This document shows, piece after piece, positions 35,568-48,185 of a DNA stretch of 64,000 nucleotides (the stretch's first letter is position 1; every line of letters starts with the position of its first letter). Location: positions 124,001 through 188,000 of the forward strand of contig NW_027271164.1 of NCBI RefSeq assembly GCF_040938485.1, in the 5' to 3' direction. Source of the DNA: Diadema antillarum (Eukaryota). The position numbers were made by a program, and so were the translations under genes. The notes beneath the pieces are model-generated. The model did not search any database. It was not told the DNA's origin and saw only the letters and a list, made by a program, of their open reading frames with translations.

Positions 35568-36336
35568 ATGACGGGGTTGGTATTCGCCATCATTCCTGCT
35601 GCTGGCACTGGGGAGCGGACAGGATTGGAGATCCCTAAACAGTTTTGCCACATTGCAGGTCATCCCCTTATTCTTCATACATTGCAGTGCTTCCAAAGGT
35701 TTGTAATCACATAGCATCACAGCAGTCTAAGAATTCACAGTACAATGTACATTGTAGTGCATTAAAATTCTTCCAAATGAAAATGATCAAATTATCAGCT
35801 CTGAGCAAATTGCAATATAGTGTCAACAGTGTAACTGCCAATGAAAGACTATTTTCAGTTATCTAGCCGCATGTAATGGGGAGGGAATTAGCTTCTTTTT
35901 TTTATACTGTAAAGAGGTCTTTTATCAATAAAATCTATGAAATGGACAAAAACCTCAATTACAGTGCATTCCTTAGGGCTGTAGAAATGGACAATCCAAG
36001 TGAAATAACCATATCATCTTTTGTGTAAAATTCTTCACTTGTGATTACAAGAGAAGATCAAAAATAAGTGATTTGCTTGATGGGTATAGCTTCTTAGATT
36101 CCTCTTGCTTGGGGAGTTATCACATGTCACATCCATATCCAAGACAAATTTCATTTTAAATGCATTCCTAAAGATTTGCATAGTGAGGAGAACTGCATAC
36201 ATACATACTGTATATTTTTGCAGGTTTTTGTTTTTGTTTGTGTTTGAATTTTATGAGTCATCTAATGTTTGCAGAATGTGCAGCTCACAAATATAGTGCT
36301 TCTGTGTAACACAAATGCTGTGTATACATAATATTT

Positions 36337-36373
<37 letters not shown>

Positions 36374-39300
36374 AGTGGTTCCTAGGTTAGTTCTCATTCC
36401 ATCAGCTATCAGTGTGGACCTCCATCACGGACTCGACTACTCACGAAATTGTCTTACAAGTCCCAATTCATAAAACATTATGTTCATAATATGTATGACA
36501 TTTTCAGTAACTTTCATAGCTGTCAGTTTTGTTCTGAGTTTAACAGATGTGTAGTTTACAATGTCTCATGATGAGGAAATTTCTTCAATTTCAAATACCT
36601 ACACAACTTGTTTGTCACAGAATATTTAGTTTCCATTTAGTTTAAATTCTTTTAATTCTGTAGCAGGTTGTGCATTTAAACAGTGGTTTGACAGAATATC
36701 TATTTTGTCTTTCAAATTGTGAGCATGAGAGAATAAAGCTTCTTGATTCTCATCATTTGCACTAGTATTCACAGACTATTTGTGCCTATTTCTTTTTAAA
36801 ATTTCCCGTCGTATTAGGTCATGGATTGACACAGTGGTTGTGGCAGTGTCCAGCGACTGGTTGGCGTACGTGCAAGACCTTGTAGATAATCACTGCCTGA
36901 GCAATGTTCGTCTGGTGCTTGGAGGCGATACACGTCACCTGTCAATCAAGAACTGTGTGGAGTATGTCCAAGACAAAGTGGTCAGTGGAGGATTTGATCA
37001 GAGTGACGTGACGGTCATTGTCCATGATGCTGTCCGCCCATTTGTCGCTGAGGAGACTTTAAAAGATGTAGCAGCAGCAGCTCACAAGCAAGGGGTTTGT
37101 ATGCATATTGCATTCTGATGTGCAATCAGAGCACCATGTTTTACCATTGTGCAAGTCTCATCATTTACAGTAAAATGAACTTTAGCTTACAGGGGACATT
37201 TGGAGAAACTGTTTCATTGTTTGCTTTCGGTTTGTTTTCTTTTCACTTTTTTTTTCTTCTGTAGCCCATAACAAGGATACTTTTTGGAAACTTTTCTTTC
37301 AAGGAAAATATATGAAGAGGCAATTGTTATGATTGCAGTCAGGAATTCAGTGTGACAAGATATGAAATCATTTTATTTGAATGTCAAGAACTGCCAAAAC
37401 CTGCCTTTCCTTCATGAATTCATGATTGATTGATTGATTGTTGTTGTCATATAAGCATTTGCTTCATATTTAGTCAAGCAGATAAGTGGGTATTGGAGTA
37501 CCCTTGATATGTGCGTACTAATGTAGCTGATATCAGAACATAGTAAAACCAGTTTTCATTTTATGATATGTTCATCTCTTGCTTTGAAAACTCTTCTATG
37601 CAGGCAAGATATGTCTTGTTCAAGCATGATTTATAATGGTTCATTTTGCTTTGTGATTTCTCATTATTTGTAGCATGTCCTCCTGCTACTTTGATCCAGT
37701 CAAAGCACATAGGAAGTGTGACATTTCTACTGTGTTCTGTGCAAGCAATCAAAGTGTAATGGTGGAAATGAATGGTTGTACATGAAATCAAAGCTAATAT
37801 TCTCTGTGTATCTCCTATACTTTTACAGGCTTCTGGGGTGGTGTGCCCATTGGTGTCGACAACGCTAGCCACCAGACCCGATGGCATTCTTGATTATTCC
37901 CTCGTCAGGTCCAAGCACAGGAACAGCCACACTCCACAGGCATTTTCTTTTTCAAACCTTGTCACAGCTTATGAAAAGGTAATTAAAAACAAATAGTTCT
38001 GTTTGTTTTCTGACGGGTTCCTGAAATTGCTTTCTTCTAAATCATCTATGATGCCAGTGACAGAATTCAAAGCTTTGGGTAAGATTTTTTTTATTGAAAA
38101 GAGCATGCTGAGTTCCAGAAAAATGGCAAGCTAACAAGAAGGAATTTCTTTTCATTTTTAATTTTTTAAGATCAGTGACTGTACACATGAGATATAGTTT
38201 TGCTTATATTCATTAATATATGATCACAGCATGAACATACTTGATCACATCAAATCACTTTAGTCAACCATGGGTGAAAAGAAAAGGGGAAATGACTTGT
38301 GACTTTACTGATTTTTAATTCAGGTATTATCATCTGCTTGTTATTGTTGTTCCTGTCTTGTATTTTATTCCTATTTTTTCATGTGTTTTGTCTTTTAGTT
38401 TCTTTTCTACTTTCTTCTCTTCATGGCATACCCTCTCGTGCTTTTTCTACACCTCTATATGTGATTATAGTATGTTTCCCATCTCTATGCGTGTATGTGG
38501 TTTTGTTGTTGTTGTTGTTCATCTGTCTCACCTTATTATTGTAACAATTTAAACTTTACCATTGCTAGATAAGTGATCATGACCTTCAGTATGGCACAGA
38601 AGTTCTCCATTTAGCCCAAGAGTATGCAGGAACCAGAGCCATGTTGCTAGAAACAGAAGATGAAGTGTGGAAGGTTAGTGACATCACCACAGATACTAGA
38701 CCACCGGATAGATAGGCTTGTCTTCCTCAACATTTACAAATAGTTATATCCCCAGAATTGAAGCAGTATCCTTTAAGTGTAGATAATGTTGTATGTCAAC
38801 ATACTTTTAATGATTTCATGCACTTGTTTCATTTAGCCAGTTTCAATGTAGAAAAATGATGACCCAAGAAAATAGAATGATGTGATGTTTAAATGTCATT
38901 TTCTGGGTATAATACACAATACCTTTGGTTAAGTTTCGTTGCATTGTTATCTCACAAGTGCTATAAAATTTCAGTGGTGTAGTAGAACATGTCAGTACCA
39001 AGAGGACAACCTGTTATTACTGACATTGAAATTCTTTCTTAGTCTTCTTTTTTAATTTCAGTCCTTGCATAATGAGTACAAAAGGAATGTATGCAATGTG
39101 TCTTTTCAAGCATATTCAAGCATAAAATGAGAATCATCATTACTGTTTTTTCAGGTTACTTACCGGAGGGACTTTTACGCAGCGGAACAGTTTGCTAGGG
39201 GTGAGTGGAATTGTTTCACAGTTTAAAGATATGGTAGCTCAAGATTAGCAACCAGATTGCCTCTCACAGGCTGACTTGGGAAAGGGTGAATGAAACCTTG

Positions 39301-41586
39301 CACAAGTGAAGTAAAGGTCAGTTTGATAGAATGGAATTTGACTGACACTAATGTAAAAGATTTTCTGTACCCAATGTATGATAGCTTTATAAAATGAGTG
39401 ATAATAATAGAAGTTGTGCTGAATTCATATGTCCAGTAATTGATTTATCAGCAGAAGGTTCACTTAGCAACTGTGTGTTTAAAAATAGAACCAGAACCAG
39501 ATTAAAGTCATCTCATTTAAGGCGGATAAGGTGGATTATAATGTGTTGAAGTACTTTGACTTTTCTGATATAAAATAAATTGACATCATGATATCAATTT
39601 CCAACACTTCAGGTTAGATTTTCAGGAGCAGGGCAGAGCATTTCAACTTGTACCTGAACCTAGCAATTACCAATATCCTTCCCATTGATGTGTTGGACCG
39701 ATGTTTCACTTGTTGAAAGATTTAGTCATGCATTCATTGATTCCTTTTCAATTTTATTAATTTTTTTATCCTATAATGTTACAGAAAGACTGTCTCAAGT
39801 TGGGGTGGTGGCTGATTCTTGTACCAAGGGCATAAGTGACGTCTTGGAGCAGAAGCTGAGAAGGAAGAGGCTAAATTTCAAGCTAAAATGTCCCTCATTG
39901 TCCAACCTTCCAGATGATACCAATGCCATCATTATCATCAAGGTGAGTTGGTTTACTTCGTTTTTGGATATCTCAGCCATTTTAAAACCGATTTTCCTCA
40001 AATAAACTTTCAATTCCTGTTCAAATGGTATGCTCTTTTCACATTTCATAAAGTGGTTTCTAAGTACACGTGTATCTCACAAAAAGTTAAAAGCTGAATC
40101 ACCATCTCAACTAGTTCTATACCATCCCTTTAATACTGTACATGTGTACTGTGTGCTGCGGAATACACAGAGCTCTCATAGAACTCATAGCTAGCAACTA
40201 GCACACAGTACTGCCCATATTTACTGTGCAGCAAAGACTGACTGCAAATAAATATCTTTGCAGAATTCAGTCGGTGCTCAGTAAGAGTGGACCTTAAGTT
40301 TTCATAAACTGTTCGCAATAATCTCGATGGGATCCAATCTTAATAAATCACAACAATGACAGCTATATGGCAAAAGCCAGTTATCATTCAAAATGTGTAG
40401 TTACTACCATGGTAGTTGCATTCATAATTGTCTACTGCATTTAAACAGCTGACAGGAATATCCAATGTTGACTAAAAGTTTTTCGTGTCAAAAACATTTT
40501 TTTATATAAAACTTTCGAATCAGAATATTTTAGAAAGAATGTTTGAGAGAACAGGAGTTTTAAGTGAAATTGTTGCTTGAAAAGTAAGTTTTTCATCTTC
40601 CTTTCAGCATCAAGTAACTGATGCCTTCTTTGCGGAATGTGCAGGAGAACTCCGGGAAGCTCTACAAAGGGTGAGGAGGACTTCTGCACCCATCAGAGGA
40701 TGCGTCGTGCTGTATGTTGCCATGGTAACGGATGAACCCATGGCAGGAGCAAGCAGCATAATGACAGGCGTCAGGGAGTTTGGTGCAGAGGAAGGCGCAA
40801 AGGATGTCTGTCTGCACTGTGTCATTGAAAGCAAGGTGTGTATGATGCTTGGCAGTGTCACTTTGTGATGTCTTCTCGAATTTACTCATACTATAAAACA
40901 TAATATTTTTGTGGCATGAAATTTTCATGAATTGAAGCCGACAGCTGTTTTTATGGTATGAAATTTTCGCGAGTTGCCTCTAACATTCAATGCATATAGT
41001 GTAGACAAGAACTTTCGTGTGCATTTTAATTTCGCGAATCTTGGCTTGCGAAATTCTCGAAATTAAAATGCACGCGAACGTTCCTCGTTTTACAGTACTT
41101 TGTACTGATAGCAAAGTCTCTTTGGAACCCTTTCCGTATGCATTTATATGCGACAGCTCCTAACTGACCTATCTGCACTTCCATGCCCAAATCTTCATCA
41201 TCATCATCAAGATACTGTTTTTTAAAGTTTATATATGCAAAATGTACCAAAAAAGTAGAAAAACACAGCAAATATATACCAATTGTGATTCTATGCTAGT
41301 GTTAGAGTTGAGAGTCACTTTTTACAGGTGTACAGTATCCAGGTTAACACCTAAACTGAATCTGCTCATTTGATATCTCTTGGCTGCATTTTGTGTATGT
41401 TTTGTGACAAGATGTCGACTGTCGTAGTCTTAATTGCCTGTATCCTCATCTCAGATCCTTCTCTTCCCCCTACAGACCGTCAATGGGCCACTAGAGATGG
41501 AAAAGACGGACAAGGCGTGTCAACTGACCGCAGACCTCGTTCTCAGAAGAGATGAACTTGTCACTGGCCAAACATTCATTTTCTAG
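35568..41586 (+). CDS. CRPPA: D-ribitol-5-phosphate cytidylyltransferase (CRPPA/ISPD), 401 aa, 8 coding exons
   Basis: Exons: 35568-35698, 36818-37094, 37829-37978, 38569-38673, 39155-39200, 39785-39942, 40608-40835, 41476-41586 (1206 nt, GT-AG, phases consistent). Motifs [54 protein letters not shown], plus the animal-type C-terminal domain ending ...VTGQTFIF*. Confidence 0.92.
36339..36372 (+). repeat. Poly-G tract (34 nt) in a CRPPA intron
   Basis: Direct count. Confidence 0.85.
39961..40129. mobile_element. Solo arm of a TTAA-ended (Kolobok-like) foldback element
   Basis: TTTTGGATATCTCAGCCATTT...ACCATCCCT|TTAA is homologous to the right arm of 60391-60771. Confidence 0.55.
40891..41095. 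mobile_element. TA-flanked MITE (CT(A/G)TAAAAC...GTTTTACAG)
   Basis: TA|CTATAAAAC ... GTTTTACAG|TA with internal AATTTTCGCG repeats. Related to 9748-9956. Confidence 0.6.
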
Positions 41587-42854
41587 TTTTCGATGCAGCT
41601 CTTTTACAAGGTGTGCAGCAACTTGACCATTCCCCTGCATCTCATGCAGTGCAGCTTTAAGCTGACAGTAAACTCATTCCATAAAGTGTTACTTTTCCTA
41701 CTTTTCTCTTGTGGTTCGTATTAAACCACAGTTGCCAACTTTGCAGAATAGGAAATCAGTGATTTCAGGGCTCAAAATCCGTAAGTTATGAAAGAAATCA
41801 GTAATTTCATATGCAGCACTATGAATCTCAAAAAATGTTGCTACAACACTGCATGAACATGATGTTTGCATGATACAGTCAGATTTGTCCCATACCACAT
41901 GGCATTTATGATGTACTGGTATAAAAAGACTTACCTACTGTGCATTATGTGCCTCCTGACTTATAGGGTAGCATGTAGGGTAGCAATTAAGATCTTCCAC
42001 TCAGTTCTGTTCTGGGCTAGCCACTTGTAGTCGCCCAAGTGTGCTCCAGACTCCTCGGCTCTGGCTCATCTGTCCACTTCCAGATGTTCTCTTCCTTTTG
42101 CCCTTTGGGGTTAAATGTAAAGCTATGTCATCTGGTTCCTTTCACAACACGTCGCCAATCTCCTCAGGGAAGTAGTTTCCATGTCATCCTTGTGACATTG
42201 AACCAGCAATTTCTTACTTTAATTTTGGCTGACCCAACACACAACTATTACATTTGCCCTCGTTACTTTCCCGTTTGAACTGCTGTTTCTTCTCGATTCT
42301 TCACTCATTGTCAATCGATCTTATCCATTCACAATTTATCCACATCTTACACATTCATGCCGCTCATCACAAACGTCATGTTGTATGTAGGGCTATCCAG
42401 TAGCTGAGATTTACTATGCTTATAAGATGCGTCCTTTCTTGTCGTCATCATCGCTGTTGTTGATGGAAATGTCAGATTGAAAGATTTTCATGTTAATCTG
42501 TTTTCCTATGAGGAAGAGCAATGAACACATAGAAAAGCAAACAACAAAATTTTAAAGACATGCTATCATTAACAGTTAGCCAGTGAAACTACTGCAAAAC
42601 AGGTGTTATGTGGATACATTTGCTGGACAGAGTGACTATACAAGTTGCTGAAAAAAACAAAAGTTGTGGCAAAATTTATCTTACCCTCTTCATAGTCTTA
42701 AATGCAGAAATGCATTCCAGGATCCGTCCATATAAAGTCTGTCTCTATCCTCACAAGATCTGTAATCTGTTGAGGTCATGCTGTTCATGTGATATGTAGG
42801 CATAAAGGAAAACCAAGGCAGATGTCCACTAGGAATATTTATTTATATATTATA

Positions 42855-43115
42855 TATATTCATTTGTTTTTTGCTTAGTGGGGTTGGAAACGTCATTCCC
42901 TTGATAGCTCTCTTCAGTGATATCCTGTGTGTCGATGTGGCTGACATTAGATGCCTTTCTTTCTCCTGTGATGGTTTCTTCCCAGGTCTTATGGGGTCTC
43001 CCATGTGGGTGTATCCCATCAATGGGGAAATTTATCCTTCCTTGAAGCCAATGGGTCTTTTCTGTCCTAGCCACATGCCCACACCATCTCAGTCTGCTCT
43101 TCCTCAACATCTTAC
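42855..43115 (-). mobile_element. 3' fragment of an RTE-like non-LTR retrotransposon
   Basis: Translation LRKSRLRWCGHVART...IHPHGRPHKTWEE resembles the RLRW.GH..R...RPRGRP.K.W C-terminal motif of RTE-type ORF2, followed by an A-rich tail. Confidence 0.6.
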
Positions 43116-43149
43116 GTTCAATTTGTATGTCTTTCCACCATTTTGCTGT

Positions 43150-44839
43150 CTACTTGACAAATGACATGGTTGCAGCTTTTGCACTTTTCCAAAACTTAAG
43201 TCACTGAACTTTACTTGAAAGTAGACCTCTCCTTTGGCGTGGCTTGCCATCTTCTGGGTTAGGAAGTCGCACAGAGTTATGGTCCAGAGACTGGATCGTA
43301 ATTCAGTCATGTCCTTTCTGATCATACTGAAAAGTCACTCGTTTGCAGCATTATTTTGTGCAATGGGCAGAATAAGATCATCACTTTTGCCAGATAACAG
43401 TATTTCAGTTCACCAGAAGATATGTCCTTCCTTTGTGAGATTGTTGACTACTTCAGGTCTACTCTTTCTTCTGGTACAATGTCAATCATAGAATCATGCT
43501 GGTAGTTTGCAAACTCCAACTCCAGCTGCTCCAGGCCATCTTCCATGAAGTGGAATCATTGAACAAAGTATTTTACTGAAGCAAAGGCCATTTCAAGCCT
43601 CTTCTTTGGATTGGCCACTCTTGCATGCGTAAGCAAGTCATCTTTACAGGGTAAATCCAACACAGCATCATTAGAAACTGCAATGAAGTAGCTTGTAAGG
43701 TTTTGAAGGATGATGGACAGGAATGAGGGGTACCAAACCAGGGACATTTCTCCGTCTCCACTTTCAACTGTCGTATCCAAACGATCCCTAACTCCTCACA
43801 ATCAATCTATCACACGCACTCATAATTGATCCATGATATTCCCCTGACAAACTTCTGAGGAAGAGAAAATTGTCCTCTTTTCTTTTGTGATCTGTCATGT
43901 AGACAGTGTTCCTCACTTTATTCTCCAGGATGAAATCTTCAAATATGGTTTGTCCAAGGTAGATCACCAGTAAACTCCTTTGAAAGGGTTTACCTTCCAT
44001 TCTGTCGTCCTCCTGCTTCACAGTATCCAGGACTGTATTTACGAACACTCAAGTCCAGTGAAGAGACTTATTGTAGAACTGTCTAAATGTAAGTCCCATT
44101 TGACTAGCCGGCAACACTAACGATTTGGTCCACTGGCACTTGCATTGTGAGAACTGCTAGAGAGCCTGCTGCCCATGTACAGTGAGGCTTTAAGGATCTA
44201 GAATCAACAATGGGCTAGCTGCCACAAATCCGCTTGCGCTTTTTTTTTCTTTTTTTTTACAAAAATTTTAAAACATTCTGTGAGTAGACAGAATTCTAGA
44301 GGTCCAGGTTTAACTTGAATCTGAAAGAAAAAAATCTCAAAAGCCTACCTTCACAACATACTCTCCCTCGTTTGGCGTGGAGAAGGCCAAGTTCTGGCTC
44401 TCAAACAAATCTAGAAGTTGATTGTACAGACAGTCGTACGCAGACAGTCCACCGGCAACACCAGCACTCCGGGTTTTCTTGCTGGGAAGACTGGGCTTCT
44501 CCGATCGCGCTGGCGAAGCCATCAGGATGGCAAATGCGTTTTGAGGAGGCGCGACCGCAACTGGCTCTTCCTCGGTGACTTCGTCATAGCAGCTTGCGAC
44601 GTATCGGTACTGCAAGTCTGCGAGGACCTAGCTCTGCATGGAGAGGAGGACATCCTTCTCTCGTCCTTCCCAACTTTTACCGATGTAACGACGTACTTAA
44701 CGTTAGAATTAAGTGAATCAACAAACTCTTGGGCTATATCGCCGAGTGGAAGAGACAAATCGATTCTCCGTACAATGTTGAACAGAGTCTTTGTCCCCGA
44801 TTTTCCGGTCGCCGACACGGTGTATTGCGCAGCGGCCAT
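43150..44839 (-). pseudogene. Decayed, internally deleted hAT-family transposase gene
   Basis: C-terminal dimerisation-like motif LPIAQNNAANE*LFSMIRKDMTELRSSL..TLCDFLTQK (SNA..ER.FS with Arg to TGA) and ARVANPKKRLEMAFASVKYFVQ*...EQLELEFANYQ. N-terminal exon MAAAQYTV...NAFAILMAS...LYNQLLDLF. Frameshifts and stops are present. Confidence 0.6.
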
Positions 44840-46255
44840 CTTGTACAAACACACTCTCTCGGTAAAAGTGATGTTATTTCCTGAATTTTTGTTGTTGAAA
44901 AGTTTGGGGTCGGGCGGGCTATGCCAATACAACGATTTTTTTTTTTTTTTTTGCCTAAGATAAAGCTGTGTCCACATCCACAGAATGGAGGATAAATTTT
45001 ATCCATCTCGATTATGATTTGTGTGGTCACCTCAATATATGGCTTCTTGTAGGTTAATTGGAGAGCTTTTTCCTGTTCTCTCAATGGCTGAGTCATTTCA
45101 ATGGATCTTTTGAGATACATAACGAAGCACAATCTTCTTTCAGTAGGATATACTGGTTATTTCAGTTTACATCCTCTGTTTCCTAGCCTGCTTTGCTTTG
45201 ATCCTTGGCACACTTGTCCACTCAAAGTTTGTGCAAAGCTTGTGCATGCTGAATTGAAATAAGTACAACAACTTTGTGCATTAGTTGATTCATTGACAAT
45301 GTTTTTTGCTGGTGCACATTTTCTCAGATAAATTCAATACAACAGCAACATCCGAGACTTAAGGCAAGCAGGCTCCACTCCGAGAGCATTGTGACAACTC
45401 TAGTTCAAAGCAGATGTGAATTCTGCCATGTGTAGATCCCATAGATGATGATCAGAGCAGAAGGTTTTTAATTTTCTCCATTGGCCGTCAGTCATAGCAT
45501 TATACCACATCAAAAAGTATTTACGTACTTTGGAGGACAGCTCGCCCAAGGACTAGAACCAGCCATTGTTTTTATTCTAAAATCATGACATATTAAAGGA
45601 CTGCTTGTGCACTTTTGTGTTTACACAAACAGATATTCCTTGGCCCAGGGTAAGAAAATGGAGATAAAAAACTCGATGAGGCAAAAAATTCTGTGGAAAA
45701 CTTTTTTGCCTTGCAATATTCCAACGACAAAATGCCTCTCAATGTAAACTTTTTATGGTACAAGTATTACCATTAAGATGATTGGTATAAAATTTGACAC
45801 TTTGTGCCAACCTAGCCATATTAATTTTCTGTTACTCTCAAGTAAGTCTATTAAAGCATGTTGAAGATGCAAGCTAGGATGGCTCACTAGCCCCCCCACA
45901 CCCATGAGTAACACATACCAACCCCCCCCCCCCCCCCATTCTCATCTGTAATTTAGCTTTCTTCTTCGATATTAGTCCTTCCACCGTTTCACATGTGATG
46001 CATATTGTTTCTCAGTTCCCTCATGTCATGCCACTGAGAGTATGTTTACTGTTGCCTTGGACAATTCTCTCTTCTATTCAAATTGTCCCTGAAACTATGC
46101 AGACAGATAGATCAATACAATCCTGAAGAGGGTGAGGGGTCTTTTAAACAGGTTGAGTGAGTAATTGCTGATAACTATGGATAACCAGTGGTTCTCCCAC
46201 AATTTCATCTGAGAGAAGAATGAATCACATCCGAGTGTGGGTCTGTTTGGAATAA

Positions 46256-47440
46256 TTAGAATGCCCTGTGCTTTCTCCTGAACGACCTTTTGAATGCACT
46301 GGGCAATGAGGCAGAATTCGTGGGGTAAGTTGCTGTCTTGATGAGGATTGCTGGCTTAACAAATCTCATCAGCAGTAGCCTCATTGAAGTAAGGAGATGG
46401 CGGGATTCTGTTGTTAGGGTCTTGTTCTTCTCATACTCCTTCTCCACTAGCATTCCACGTGGGTGATTCTTTACAATTTCTCTCACATCAAAGCACTGCA
46501 GATGAATTAATGGGTACAATTACGATTGATTTTATCAAAGTTAATAGTACAAGTTTAGATTCAAATAAGTCAGTTATATGTTTGCTTTGAAAAGAGAATG
46601 TAAAGAAAAGGTTTAATTGATATCTATAAACAATAATGCAATATTCCATCAACTGATGCGGGACAATAAGTTAATCACTTCTTCAACTGAAGAATAGAAG
46701 AGAGAGAGAGAGAGAGAGAATCACATTATTTGGCAGGGAAAAAAGATTGGAAGAAACATTTGCATATTGCCCTGAATTGCTGTATTTAGACATCTGACAA
46801 ATTGACCAATTGATATATTCAAATCCATACATGTACGTCAGTACGTGTTTCCAACCAAACATTTCTACAGTGATGAACTATTCTGTACACCTACTTCTTT
46901 CAATTCTAATTCGCTGCAATTTGTTTTGCAAATATCAATTGTAGCTATGTCATTACCTTTGGTTTACCAGAAGGCGATGCATGTGTGCACTGGGATTGAG
47001 GACCACTGGTGCCAACACCGCTAAGAGGTGATTTTGTGAGTTCATCCACATTCTTGTCTGATGAGGGTGTGGTGAATAAGCTGTGGGGTTCGAGTGTACG
47101 TGCTGGGGATGTAGGCAATCTCTCTGGACTTTGGTTGAGTTGAGAACTTGTCGAAGATCCTTGTGGTGATAGACAAGCTGGCCCTACTAAGATTGCACCT
47201 CCATTCCTTAAGTTCCAGGTCTTCTGGATCCTCAAGATCGATGTCCACATATGAATTAAATTTATCAACTTTTAGTTTTACAAGGTATTCGTCTGTTTCC
47301 AGTTTAAACTTCTGCGCTATCTTTACTCATAAATTCTGAAATAGTTCATCAGAAGAAGAAACACTGCATGTCATCAATTTTGTCTTCTGCTTGTACAGTA
47401 GGTCACACAGAAACTAGCACAGCCCTGTTCATTCGCCATT
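46256..47440 (-). pseudogene. Remnant of the accessory second gene of an animal EnSpm/CACTA element (SAMD3-like ORF2)
   Basis: Broken frames ...KIAQKFKLETDEYLVKLKVDKFNSYVDIDLEDPEDL... and FDVREIVKNHPRGMLVEKEYEKNKTLTTESRHLL, co-oriented just downstream of the transposase. The family call is from recalled similarity. Confidence 0.45.
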
Positions 47441-48185
47441 TTTAATCTGAAATGAAAGACATGCATACACATGTTTAGAGTGAAACTTCAAATATATACA
47501 CATATGTACACATAAAAGTAAATTTGTTTGTCTTTTCCCTCTGAAATTAACTGAATGCAGTACTGGTATTCGAAGGAGAAATTAATCAATTTTATTTTAA
47601 TAAATACAGAAACTATCAAATTCACTTCAAATTAAAATTTTAGAAATGTAATGGTCATAAATGCAACGAATACAAAACATTAATTAAAGCAATTAAGTGT
47701 ACAGTATGTTAAATAGGAAATGCCTGCAATTTGACACAAGTGGTTTTATTTGGATGCAAGATTCACATGTACATGTACATATGTAATCACAAATTTATAC
47801 ATTTTGGCATGTTTCTCCTGACATTATTGTCACATGACAGTCCAGTGTAATATGCTGGTAGTCCCTCATCAATTGCCAGGATCTTGTGTAGTAAGTTCCA
47901 ATGGGGTGTTTGTTTTGAATGGCTGATAAAACTATGAACATGAAAGAATATCCTACTTTTGTAGCACACTTTGAAATTAAAAAAACAATCAAATAGACTT
48001 ATCAATTCATGGGAGAATTACATAAAATGTAAGAAATTCATAAATTTTGTGTAAATTGTATTTGATGTTCACTTTCATATTTTGCCTGCTTTTCTTCCAT
48101 AGAACTGCATAAGCATGTTTTCTTTCTAACCTGTCAGAATAATGGCACTTCTCAGTGAAATGTACATGATGGGGTCCATGTCCTG

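Noticed and set aside
38766-38774. Perfect U12-type 5' splice motif GTATCCTTT in a CRPPA intron
   Set aside because: Using it extends the exon through an in-frame TAG, no TCCTTAAC branch site precedes the next acceptor, and the U2 donor at 38674 gives the conserved 105-nt exon.
44418-44963. 181-aa plus-strand ORF
   Set aside because: Antisense to the GC-rich first exon of the hAT remnant.
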